This document shows positions 42,316 to 56,201 of a stretch of DNA of 64,000 nucleotides, one piece after another. Under the pieces are notes generated by a model that did not search any database, had not been told where the DNA came from, and saw only the letters and a list, made by a program, of their open reading frames with translations. The stretch lies in assembly GCF_009914755.1 (NCBI RefSeq), contig NC_060944.1, one strand, 5' to 3'. The translations under genes and the position numbers were made by a program. Each line of letters begins with the position of its first letter. Position 1 is the stretch's first letter. This DNA is from the human T2T-CHM13v2.0 reference genome, Homo sapiens.

Positions 42316-42393
42316 GACACAAAATATAGGAAGGCAACCATCTCTGGTGCAGAATCGGCAGCAGAGAGTGAGCGCCTCCCTGCATTTTATCCC
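42316..42393 (-). ncRNA. MIR4756: pre-miRNA hairpin hsa-mir-4756 in BCAS1 intron 1, sense to the host gene
   Basis: Reverse complement is GGGAUAAAAUG-CAGGGAGGCGCUCACUCUCUGCU-GCCGAUUCUGCA-CCAGAGAUGGUUGCCUUCCUAU-AUUUUGUGUC (78 nt). Arms pair (AAAAU/AUUUU, GGGAGGC/GCCUUCC, CUCU/AGAG) and it matches the miR-4756 sequence as I recall it. Confidence 0.9.
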
Positions 42394-43139
42394 CCAGGTG
42401 CTCACTGGCTTCACCCTTGCCCTGACCCTGGTGCCAGGCACTTCACACACATCGTCTCCTTTTCCCTTGCAGAGTCCCATTATTCCCTGATTGCACAGAT
42501 AAAGAAACCAAGGCTGAGCAATGCCATCCCCTCATCTCACGAACGTCACCTCCATGAGGGTAGGCACCTTACTAGTTCTACTTGCCCAAGAGTAGCAGTC
42601 AGAAAGCTATGGGGAGGCACACCTGGGGTTTGAACCTGGGTCCACGTGACTCAGGCACTCAAATCCTGAACTGCTTCAGGGCAGGGCACTTGGCTTGAAG
42701 AGAAGCTGCAGACACAGAGACAATCAAGTCACATCTAATACTCCAGCAGGACAGATGAGCCTGCATGGTGCAAAGGTACCCCCGCCCCCAACCCAAAGCC
42801 TTTTTCAATTCCTCTCCCTCCACATCTCTTGTCATGGTAAAGCAGGCAGAATCCATGGGCTTTAACGGGCCCATTGCTTTTCCCAAAGCTCATGCCTTTT
42901 TCCTAAAAACAAAACCCTTCTGGGTTCCAGAACTCTTTGGAAAAAAAGAATCTTCTGTGATTTGGGACATTGGTTTGTTCCCCCACCCTCACTTAAATGA
43001 GAAACTACTTTAGCATGCCCCGCCCCGTCTGTTGTCTTTATTTAGGAGGAAGCACCCTCTACATACCCTGAGTATATACACCCAGGGCCTGAAGCTGCTG
43101 TGATCAGCTCAGGATCCCCAGGAGGCTGAGGCGGATCAG

Positions 43140-43428
43140 GCCCTGGACTCCGGGGGAACAATGTAAGGGACACCAAAAAGCTCAGCCATGGAGATGAATA
43201 GTATTTTAACATGAAATTTGTGAAAATCAAAATTACCGCTGTTCCTGATCTTATCTTTCTGTAACATGTTCATAGTTTGTTCATCACGGGTGTCTTGCCA
43301 TTAATTCTGACTTTTAAAAATGTTGTGTTAACATACCGTTTATCTCCATGACTGAGTTTTTTGGCATCCCTTACATTTCGTGCCCAAGGTGAGAGTCTCA
43401 CTGGCTGCACCCTCATCCCAGGCCCGAC
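43140..43428. mobile_element. MER96B-like palindromic hAT MITE
   Basis: About 75-bp inverted arms (43161-43234 versus 43301-43377). Confidence 0.7.
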
Positions 43429-44340
43429 TGGACTCCAGTTCCACAGCATCCTTTCCATGAGACCTGGAACCAGATGCAGCTCCCTCTTCACCCAGCTTCA
43501 TGTTCCTAGTTGTAAAATGGAGACGATGGTAACAGCGAAAACAAGAACCACAGCTTAGAGTTACTAAGTGCACAGGTATTTACGGGCAGTAGAGTCCTCT
43601 CAGCCCTTTGATCTCAGTACTGTTATTAGGTTCACTTTACAGATGAGGAAACTGAGGCCCAGAGGGCTGAGGGAACCTGCTCCAGGGCACCCAGCCAGCC
43701 CAGGGTGGAGCTGGGGCTGGCATCTGGCGGTATGGCTGCAGCGCACCCGCATTCTAATCGCAATCACTCTTTCAGGCAGGAAACTGGTTCAGAGGGAGAT
43801 GTAAACAGCAGGGGTCCTGAAGCCAGGATTTGAATCAGCAGCTGCCTCATAGGGTGGTCTTGAGCGTTAAATAAGATTCACAAAAGGCACTCCACAAGTC
43901 CTTTTTCTTGTCCTCCCACTTCTTTAGGCAATGCCTGAGGTGAAGGCTCAGATTCCACTCGGCTATGGGGCATTCTTGCCCTGACGGATCCCCAAATCAC
44001 ACAGCCTATCCCTCCATCCAGTGACTTCTCCCCATGTCCTGTGCTTGAAATGACCCTCAATAGTTCCACCAAATAGGAGTTATTTATGTGGCTATGCGCC
44101 TAACACTGACCACATTGTCATTTGCTCCTTGTAAAACTAAAAACTTTGAGATGAGTGCTATCTTTGGGTCCATTTCACAGATAGTGGAACTGAGGCTTAC
44201 ACATATCCAAGGCCACACAGTGAACAGAAGGCAGAGCTGGGATCAAACTTGACCCTGTCTGACCCCTGGCCTCTATATGACACCGTCTACCACAAACAGC
44301 AAACCCTCCAGCCATGCCTAAAGGATCTGAAAGCAGTTAC

Positions 44341-44500
44341 CTGCTGAGCCCCTGTGGGAGTATCTTCAGTCCCCTCGTGTCACCCGGAGCTGCTCCTGCA
44401 CAGGGTCCTGGGTCTCCAGTGCGTGCTGCCCAGTGCCTGGCTGTCGGTGGAGCCTGGCTCCCTGCACTTTGCTTCCTTGTGCAGAGCCTGCTGGCTGAAT
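44341..44500 (-). other. BCAS1: BCAS1 non-coding exon 1 (5'UTR); 3' boundary exact, TSS approximate
   Basis: Minus strand ...gactgaagatactcccacaggggctcagcag|gtaact with donor at 44341/44340. Matches my recollection of the BCAS1 mRNA 5'UTR that precedes GAGCAATGGG. No ATG on the minus strand in 44341-44500; an in-frame TGA lies 33 nt upstream of the ATG after splicing. Confidence 0.8.
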
Positions 44501-44900
44501 ACACAGAGCAGGGCAAACACAAGCCTGGGTGGAGTCCTCCCTTCTCCCCGGACCGTCCTGCAGAAACAGGTTCTCTTCCTGATGTGGGGCTGCCCTCCCA
44601 ACTCCAATAAAAACTGAGCACCTGACTCCTCTCGCATTAATGCCTCCCTGGCACCCCAAGTATTCTACCCAGTGCCCCTCACCTACTGAGGCTGCCGGGT
44701 TGACCTGGGGAAGCAGTTTCCTTCCCCAGTAACCGTAGGTCATGGTCAGAGCAGGGAAAACACGTTCTGTGAGATTTTGTAGTTCTGTCTGCTGACTTCA
44801 GAACACCACCTCCACCACCACCTAACCACCTAATTGGAAGGAAATAGCTTCTCATCCACTCAACTACCCCTAGTCATGTAAACCTTATTCCCAAAGGGGT
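44500..44900 (-). promoter_or_regulatory. Putative BCAS1 proximal promoter (non-CpG-island, no clear TATA box)
   Basis: Non-repetitive, moderately GC-rich sequence just upstream of exon 1; forkhead-type TGTTTGC on the minus strand at about 44513-44519. Position inferred from exon 1. Confidence 0.5.
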
Positions 44901-45988
44901 TTGGACACCAGAAATCAGGTAACCTGAGGGTGGTTTATTGCTCTGGAGACATACCATGATGTTGGAAAGGGCATTCTTTTTCTTTGCAGGCCAGAAATTC
45001 GACAGGCTATGCAATTTATTTAATTCAAGCAAGGATGTTGTTTAAAGTGTCTTACAAGGACATATACAATAGATTATGAGAGCATGAAATAACATATAAC
45101 AAAAGAAGATTGAAGAACAAAATTTGGAACATCAAATGAGAACAGGATCAAAAATAAATGCTCTTGTTGATTTACAGACTTGCTATGAAGGGTTTGCAGA
45201 TATGGCTTTGAGCTTCCTAACAGCCAATGCAAGAAAGGAAACTTGATAAGTTACACTACTTAGTGCTCTGGAGAAGACATTCAAGAGAATTGCGACCAAT
45301 AATTATTGTGGTTTTATTCAACAGTATACTCAGCTTAACCCCTATCATGAATACTTGTCAAGCACCAGGCTATATATATAAGCCAGAGTTTAAAGAGGTG
45401 AGTAAAAGATGCTGGGTCTCTACCCTTCTTGCACTCAGTGTCATTGGACATAGAATCCTGTAAATATAAACATAGAATTACAGGGTGTGATTCTCATTAT
45501 AAAAGAAAAGCCAAGGCAGCTAAGGGAGAGAAATAGAGAGAGCTGGGGAAGGCCTCTTTCAGAAATCAACATTTAAGAAAAAAAATACTATTTAAATAAA
45601 TGCTGAATACACAACCAGGCACACCGTAATTAGGGTTGTAAAGTCGATTCCAGCTCAGCACTGTACATGTCAATTTGGAATGTAGTAAACCCAATTATTA
45701 AGCAGCTGCCATGCACACGCTCTGTGCTGACCCAAGCCTGGAGGCTCAGGAGCTTGAGCTCTGGCCCTGGGTTGAGACAGACAAGGGCTCGGATCTTGAT
45801 TCTTACTGATCGGCTGTGGGATTATGAGCAAGCTACTGTACTTCCCTAAGTCTCTGTCAGCCCCCTCAGCTGTGTGCTCCTTTGTGTTTATTTTGCATCT
45901 ATTCTTGTATCCCCAACTCCTGGCACCCTGCAAAACGAGGATGGGGATCCCTCTATGATAGAGTAGGTACTCTGCAACTCCTGGCTGA

Positions 45989-46298
<310 letters not shown>

Positions 46299-46518
46299 TT
46301 GTCTTGCTCTCTTTTAAATTATACATGGCAGTAACTGCCATTTGGATGGCATTAGTCTTTGCAAAGCCTTTTGTGTTTATCCGTCCATTTCATTTATGTC
46401 CACAGTGAAATTAAGATCTTTTGCTCCCATTTTACAGAAGAAAAACATAAGGTTTAGGGATATGAGTGATTTAGGAGATTAAGAAAAATCATTCAGGTGG
46501 GGGCACTCAGCAGTGTGT

Positions 46519-47196
46519 CTGGCAAAACGTAGACCATCACCAAGCATCAGCTGGTGTAGTCAAGGGTGTTGATGAAGGATCTGGCAAACTGTAGACCATC
46601 ACCAAGGATCAGCTGGTGTAGTCAGGAGTGGTGATGAAGGGTCTGGCAAACTGTAGACCATCACCAAAGATCAGCTGGTGTAGTCAGGAGTGGTGATGAA
46701 GGATCTGGCAAACTGTAGATCATCACCAAGGATCAGCTGGTGTAGTCAGGAGTGGTGATGAAGGGTCTGGCAAACTGTAGACCATCACCAAGCATCAGCT
46801 GGTGTAGTCAGGAGTGGTGATGAAGGATCTGGCAAACTGTAGATCATCACCAAGGATCAGCTGGTGTAGTCAGGAGTGGTGATGAAGGGTCTGGCAAACT
46901 GTAGACCATCACCAAGCATCAGCTGGTGTAGTCAGGAGTGGTGATGAAGGATCTGGCAAACTGTAGATCATCACCAAGGATCAGCTGGTGTAGTCAGGAG
47001 TGGTGATGAAGGGTCTGGCAAACTGTAGACCATCACCAAGCATCAGCTGGTGTAGTCAGGAGTGGTGATGAAGGGTCTGGCAAACTGTAGACCATCACCA
47101 AGCATCAGCTGGTGTAGTCAGGAGTGGTGATGAAGGGTCTGGCAAACTGTAGACCATCACCAAGCATCAGCTGGTGTAGTCAGGAGTGGTGATGAG
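46519..47196. repeat. 62-bp minisatellite, about 11 copies (ctggcaaactgtagaccatcaccaagcatcagctggtgtagtcaggagtggtgatgaagg(g/a)t)
   Basis: Unit starts at 46519, 46581, 46643, 46705, 46767, 46829, 46891, 46953, 47015, 47077 and 47139 (last one partial). Confidence 0.97.
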
Positions 47197-47197
47197 G

Positions 47198-48638
47198 CAG
47201 GACAGGCTACATAATCTGCTGAACCCAGTGCAAAACAAAAACGATGAGCCCTTTGTTCTAAAAGCAGGGAAAAGTACCGTTAAAGGTATGAAACATAAAG
47301 CTGTTTTCTCTCCTTCCTGGTCTCTTTCTCTACCTGTCATGTATTTTACTTATTATTTGAAGTCATTCTAAGGGAAGAAAAAATAAAAATGTAAGTGATC
47401 AGCGTGAGTTTTGCCATCCGTCTTTAGATCAAGCCATGCTGGTTTGAAATGCAATGAACTCGAGGGCAGAATCACCAAAATCATACGACTTGTATTTTGT
47501 AGTTAGTTACGGGGCCCCCGTAGTCTGTTCTCACTAAAACAGTGTAAACGCTGCATAGAAGTCATCATTCAACTGTTTTTACTCTACCTCTGGATACTCA
47601 CCCATTCTACTAATGCTCTCTATCTTCAGTTTATTGATGAATAAGGAAAAATCAAAAGAAAAAGAAACTCTAAGCTGCCCTATATTTCTGTCTTGCTATG
47701 TTATCATTTTCAGCACAAGTGGTTGGCCCTTACAGGGAGGTAACCTGGGTAAGAAAGGCTAGGATAGGATTCTTTTGTTGTTTGTGTTTCTTAGAATGTG
47801 CTGCCTTTTTTCTGTATTGAAGAGAATTTCTGATTTGCGTGGAAAGCCTGGACTCTTGGGGTGTCAGTGCCTCCACATACTCAATTGCAGCTGTAACTCA
47901 CATGTGTTTTACTTGCTTTGAGGCTTACTGAATAGTCATGAACTCACTGGCATTCTCTGCTCATGGGCATCATGGATGTTATATGTGAATAGGTGGCAAT
48001 GAACAGTAGACTTGCATATTGCTTGTATCTCATGACTATGCTTCATTGTCTCATCAGATTTTACTTACTCAACCCAAGTTCAAAGATAACACTACAACTG
48101 ACCCTTGAACCACAAGGGTTTGAACTGCATGAGTCCACTTAGACATGGATTTTTTCCCTTCTTCTGCCACCCCTGAGACAACAGGACCAACCCCTCTTCT
48201 TCCTCCTCTTCCTCAGCCTATGCAATGTGAAGATGACAAGGAAGAAAACCTTTATGATGATCCATGTCTACTTAATGAATAGTAAATATATTTTCTCTTC
48301 CTTATGATGTTTCTTAGAATGCGTTGTCTTTTTAATGTTCTTAATACCATTTTCTTTTCTCTAGCTTACTTTATTGTAAGAATGCAATATACAAATGTAA
48401 TACATATAACATAGAAAACGTGTTAATACATAAAACATAGAAAACATGTTTATGTTATTAGTAAGGATTCTGGTCAACAGTAGCTTATGAGTAGTTAAGT
48501 TTCTGCAAAGTCAGAAGTTATGCTTGTATTTTCAACTGCACAGGATTGATGCCCCTAATCCCCGTGATGTTCAAGGGTCAGCTGTGTTAAGATTTTCAAT
48601 ATGGCAACTGTAGAGCAATAAACCAAGCTCAGGGCCCT
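47198..48638. mobile_element. MER45-family (hAT-Tip100) element with a nested Tigger
   Basis: caggacaggctacataatctgc...cccagtgcaaaa at the left end; aagattttcaatatggcaactgtagagcaataaaccaagc...gggccctg at the right end. Confidence 0.65.
48095..48584. mobile_element. Tigger2a-like MITE
   Basis: TIRs caactgacccttgaac / gttcaagggtcagctg; TA on the left flank. Confidence 0.82.
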
Positions 48639-50493
48639 GGGTGGAGGTAGCAACAAGTCTTCAAAAGTGCAAACTTCTTGGTGGAAGAATTTACTTCCCG
48701 GTGTCGACAAAGCAGGGAGTTCACTAAGAGTAAAGTTTCTCCTTGCTACACAGACTTCAGGTGGTGCTCACCATCATGCTCCCAACTTGGTTTGCCTCTT
48801 AATCTTCTCTCTTTACGATCTCCACCCCTCTTCAAATATTGACAAGCACATGTGGCTGTCATCTCCTGTTATCAAACTGCTTTCCTGAAAATCTGGATAG
48901 AGCTGGTTTTTGAATCAAAAAGAGTCATTGGAAAACTGAAATTGGAAATCTCCCCAGGACCCTCTTTCAGACCTGCCCCTGCCTCTCTGCAAATATTCCG
49001 TCCTCCACCCAGGCTTCTCGCTCATGCTAAGCCATGTTGGCTGTGTTTTTGATCACTGAACCAGCGGAAGGCATGACCCAGCCATTATAGTGTGGTCATG
49101 CACCCAGGGCCTGTCAGTGACAGCTGGTCTCCTGCCAGTCAGGATGCCCACCCTGCTCCAGCTGAGACAGGAAATCTGACATGCACCTTTGTCTTTCTGT
49201 ATGCCACCCATCACTTGGCATTTTTCAGATCACTTTCTTGTGCTTTATCTGATATGCTCCTTACTATAATCCTATGACATAAGAAGTATCTATTTGCCTG
49301 AGGAGGAAACAGTTTCAATGAAGACCAATGTCTTATGCTAAATTAAGCCATGGGCTAACACTGGGGGCAGATCTCTCAAGACTAAACTCAGGGTCAGTCT
49401 TGGTTAGGAACCCAGGGTCTGGCATCACTCAGCCTGAGACAGAATTTTGGTTTCACAGTTGATTCACTGTGTGACCTTGAGGAGGTTGTTTGCCCTTTCT
49501 GTGCTTTCGTTTTATGACCTAAAAATGGTTCTATTGGCAGCACCCAAGTTATAGAGTTGGTGTGGGAATTAAATGAGATAATTCACAGAAAATGCTTAGC
49601 ACAGTGCCTGGCACCCAGTATGCTTAATAAAATGACACAGTCACTAAGGATAGGGTTGGGATTTAAACACATAGCATCTGACCTCAGGACCTGCACTCTT
49701 AACAACTAAATTTACACATGCATATGTAATATATATGCACACACATGCATAAACATATCAACATAATTAAAGGAAAATAAAAAATAGTAACAAAACTCAC
49801 AAATAATCTAGAAACCCCATGCAAACTGCATTGAATGTGGATTACTTGACCATGCATCTCTGTTTCAAATCTCTGATTCTTTAGGTCATATTTTAAAACT
49901 TACACAACATTTTGAGAACTACGTTGGATGCTTTCTCATGGAGAATGCATCCAGTGTAGTGCATGGAGAGAGTCTAATCCTCCTAATCTAGTTGAAGTGT
50001 GAGAATATCATGCAATAAACAGAACACAGTTTTGTATTCACCTCTATCCCTGTCCCTGGAGATAGGATGGGGGTTTACTGCTGTCATCGGCAAAGACCAT
50101 ACCTGCCATTTCCCCTGATTCAAACCATGTTCTCCATCATGATATGCTGTTTACTGACCTCTGTGAGGGGGCCAGTGATGAGCACAGTGGTTAAGAGAAG
50201 GCCTTGGAATTACACCCCAGTTTGAACTCTGGCTCATACTTCTGTGCTGTGCAAAATCAAGCATGTGCAAAATCAAGTTGTGCAAAATCTTCTTACTCTA
50301 AAATAGAAACAATAACATCTCTCCTGAGGATTGTTTTGAAGATAAAATGGCAAGAGGAATGAAAACACCAAGCCCAGATGCTGACAAACACTAAGGGCTC
50401 AACCAGAAATACCGGTTATTACTGTAATTGGCTATCATTGAGTCTACAGAGATGTGTACAACCATGATGCAGCCATATATTCAGAGAGATTAA

Positions 50494-50793
<300 letters not shown>

Positions 50794-51148
50794 TAACCTA
50801 AGTGCCTACCTGAATGCCAGCCCAACGTCAATGTTGCCTCAATGGCTCATGGCATGTTGAATACAATATGGTACCTGCCATATCAGTCTTAGGTTTAGAT
50901 CTCAGCTCTGCTTCAGCTATGCCATGTGAATGTGGGCAAATTCCTTAAGCTCCCTGGAACTGTTTTCTCACTGCCAAATAGGGATGGGACGTTTAATGTA
51001 TGGGAAATGTCTAGCACACAGCCTGGTACATAACTTGTGATGTACAGCAGCAGAAGGTAGCTGCTGTTTTTCATCATTATTAGTATTATTGGAGTATAAA
51101 AAAAGTAATATAGAAAGGAAGAAGCCAAGGGTGGTGGTTGAGGCAGAG

Positions 51149-51357
51149 CAAGGTCTCCCCACCTCTGCACTACTGCCATGTGGGGCTGGATCTTCGGTGC
51201 TGTAGGGGCTGTCCTGTGCATCGTAGGGTGTTTGGAGCATTCCTGGTCTCTACCCATAGGTGCCAGGAGCATGTCTCCAGTTGCCATGAGAAAAGATGTC
51301 TCTGGACATTGCCAAATGACTCCTAGGGGGCAAAAGCTTTCCCGTTGAGAACCACTG
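51149..51357 (-). mobile_element. MER20
   Basis: ...tctggacattgccaaatg...gggggcaaaa...gttgagaaccactg. Confidence 0.82.
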
Positions 51358-51684
51358 GGGTAGAAGGATGGGTGAAAGTTTGGTAGCCACTTTGCAGGGG
51401 GTGCACTTCCTCTGGAAAGCTGAAAATTGGCAAGGATAGGAGGCTTGGAGTATGGATGATAGAAATTCCAGAGAGAGAAAAGAGGCAGGGAAATACATCA
51501 TACGCTCTGGGATCAGCAGGTGCCCAGTAGTTGGAATATAGGATATTATTGCAATACTTAGTATTATTTTTATTGAGAATAAGGCTATGAATGTGGCCAG
51601 GGAAAGAGCTTGGGTATCATGCTAGGGGTCTGGGCTTTATCCTGAAGGGTCACCAAATATACTGACACTGTGAGGAATTTGGGG

Positions 51685-52274
51685 TAGTGTTGCTTGATAA
51701 AATAATGAAATTATGACACAGCTATAGCACGGATGAACCCTGAAGACACTATGCTAAGTGAAATGAATCAGACACAAAAAGAAAAATATTGTATAATTCC
51801 ACTTATATGAGAAGACTTAAATTCATAGAGAAAGAAAATAGAATGTTGGTTGTCAGGGGCTGACAGAAGGGGAATGGGAACTTACTGTTTAACGGGTACA
51901 GAGTTTAGTTTGGGAAGATGAAAAAGTTCTGGAAATGGATAATAGTGATAGTTGCACAGTATTTAGAATGTGCCTAATACCACTAAGACGTATATTTAAA
52001 ATGGTTAAAAAGATAAATTTTATGTTCCTTATATTCTATCACAATAAAAAATACAAGTCCAGTTAAATTTGAATTCCAGATTCAACAATAAATAATTTTT
52101 TTACTCTAAGTATGTCTCAAATACTGCATAAGCATAGCATAAGTATGTTTCATGTACAATATTGGACATACTTATACAAAAACAATTATTCATTATTGTT
52201 GAAATTCAAATATACTTGAAATTCAAATTTAACTGGGTGTGCTGTACTTGTATTTGGTAAATTTGCCATCCCTA
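51685..52274. mobile_element. MER53 palindromic MITE split by an L1MB-like 3' fragment (about 51705-52047)
   Basis: Left tip tagtgttgcttgataaaata; remainder ccagttaaatttgaatt...aattcaaatttaactgg...gccatcccta; L1 3'UTR motifs in between. Confidence 0.7.
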
Positions 52275-52837
52275 AGTTGGGGGCATTGCTGAGGGTGGAC
52301 TAGAGGGAAGGGAATGGTGGCAGGCAAGCCACAGAGGATGCATTTAGCCACAAGTAGCAGGAAACGTGATGGACAGCAGCTTAGACCAAAAGAGCATTTC
52401 CGGTTTAATTAACAGGAAATCCACAGGAAGGTGCTTCCGGGGCTGGTGCAGCCGCTCAACAGTGTCTTTGAAACTCAGGTTCTTTCTGATTTTCTCCTCT
52501 GCCAGACTCAGGTATTCATCTCATCAAAGCAAGAAGACCACCTCAGCTCTAGAACCACAGTCTCCCCCTAACTTCAGCTGCACGGAGCAGGGATAGACAC
52601 AAAAGACCTTTCCTTCCCAGATATTGTTGAAAAAAAAAAAAAAAAAAAAGAAAAGAAAGAAAGAAAAGAAAAAATAGAAACTTTTTTTTTTCCTTCTGGG
52701 AGAAAAAGCTTTTGAGAAGGCCTCAGACAGAGTAATCGACTTCTCTTCATGCCTCACTTGTCAGAACTGGATCTCACCACTCCCATTCGCAAACCAGTCC
52801 CTGCAAAGGGTAGTAGGATTGCTGTAATTGGCTTAGG

Positions 52838-53040
52838 TCAGGAGTCAACAAACTTTTTCTGGAAAGATCCAGATAGCAAATATTTTAGGCTTTGTGGGCC
52901 AAATGGTCTCTGTTTCACACTACAATTCTGCCATTGTAGTGTGAAAGCAGTCAAAGGCAAAGTTTAAATGGATGTGGCTGTGTTTCAATAAAACTTTATT
53001 TAAAAAAATACAGGTGGTGACATAACAACTAAACTCTAAG
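52838..53040. mobile_element. MER58A-like
   Basis: caggagtcaacaaacttttt...aaatattttaggctttgtgggcc...caataaaactttattt. Confidence 0.75.
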
Positions 53041-53316
53041 AGTCTGGACAGAAGCCAGACAAAGAAAGCTGTGGAAAGAACATTGAACTTGGAGTCAGCC
53101 CCGCTCACCTGGTCTGAACTCTTGGCTTTGCCTTGTGTCCTCAAGTAACCTACTTCTCTCTGAACCTCAGATTCTTCAGCTGCAAAATGGGGATAATAAT
53201 ATTCACCTACTAAGGTTCTTGTGGGGGAAGTAGGCAATGGAAGTGAGTGTAAGGAGGGAAGAGTAGAAGGAGTCCAACAATAATCTGAGTTTTCTGAGCT
53301 CAAGAATGTCAATACA

Positions 53317-54180
<864 letters not shown>

Positions 54181-55034
54181 TTTTATTTTTTCATTACAAA
54201 TTTATTATAAAACACACAGAGGATAAAATTTAAAATAATAATCTATAATCCTGTCACTAAGAAATATCCTCTTTTGGTATTTCTTTCCTTCCGTATCAAT
54301 ATCATACCTATATTACTCATTGTGAAATACTGTTTCGAAAGCCGGAATTTTTTTTTTCCATTATAGATGTCACAAATAAATTTAAAATAGGGGTTGAGGG
54401 GTTTAAGTACCTGAGATGAATTAACTCCCTGGCCATATTGGGTATTTAAGTGTTTGACACCTTCTGCTATTATAAACATGACAGATTTCCTAGACTTCTC
54501 CCTTAGAAGCATTTTCCAGATGTTAAAGTATTGGATCAAACGGTAGTCACATTTTAGAGGCATTTGATACATGTCGCCAAATTCCTGTTCAACTGGATGG
54601 TCTTCCGTGAGGCCAGGCTGGGTCTCCATAACTCAGAATTATATTTGGCACTTCCATGGATGGGTGAATGGATGGATGAATGGATGAACAAACGTGTGAA
54701 AGGGATGGTTTCTTTGTACCCACGTTAAAATTGGGTGTTAACAGTTAAATTATTTTGTATTTGCTTAATTTTAAAAAGGTGTCTCATTAGGATTGCTGTT
54801 GTAATTTTCATTTCCTTCATGACTGTGACATTAAAAGTGTTGTCTCATGTTGACTGAACATTTGTCTTTATCTCTTGTCAAATGCCAAAGCCATTGATTC
54901 TTGACACCCAGTTCCTTTCATCTTCTAGCACTCAGCCTCCTTGCAGATCAGTTTTCCCCATTCCACCAAGTCAGAGATAAAAGGAAGGGGCTGGGTGCAA
55001 GAGCTTTGTGATGAGTCTTCTGTGATGTTGCTAG

Positions 55035-55394
<360 letters not shown>

Positions 55395-55853
55395 TAATAA
55401 TCAGGAAACTTTATATAAAAATTTAAAGATCTAGTCTCTCATTTGTCAATTAAAAGGTTTGGCAATATTGTCACATCACAGTCGCCTGGGTCTAGGCGTT
55501 GGCAGCCTTTTCAAAGGGACACTTGTTTCTTAGTTTATGTTGGTTTCCATCACTCCCTCCCCGCTGGCCCCACATCCATTGCCTATTTATCCTCACCCTC
55601 GTGCTGCCATTTTTCTTGGAGCAAATTTATAAGAACCATGAACTATTTCTACCAAAATATGAAAAAAGAACACTATAAGAGATCCCATGTCTTCATAAGA
55701 ATGCAAAAGCATCCTTGTAAATGAAAAGTTACATATATTTCACAGAAGTTTGATGTATTTAATATAACATAATTATAATATTTAATATAAACGTAGTTGC
55801 ATATGCTTAAAATACAAAGTATGTCTGTGTTGAAAACAAGTATAATTTTTTCA

Positions 55854-56201
<348 letters not shown>

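Noticed and set aside
44366-44743. 125-aa ORF over exon 1 in the BCAS1 frame, as a possible N-terminal extension
   Set aside because: Ends at a TGA 33 nt before the ATG in the spliced mRNA, and its start probably lies upstream of the main TSS.
46519-47196. CRISPR-like regular array with partially palindromic units
   Set aside because: No unique spacers (pure tandem units), human intergenic context and no cas genes; it is a minisatellite.
52048-52274. MER53 palindrome as a miR-1302-type precursor
   Set aside because: The copy is diverged and interrupted, lies upstream of the BCAS1 transcription unit, and shows no sign of transcription from sequence alone.
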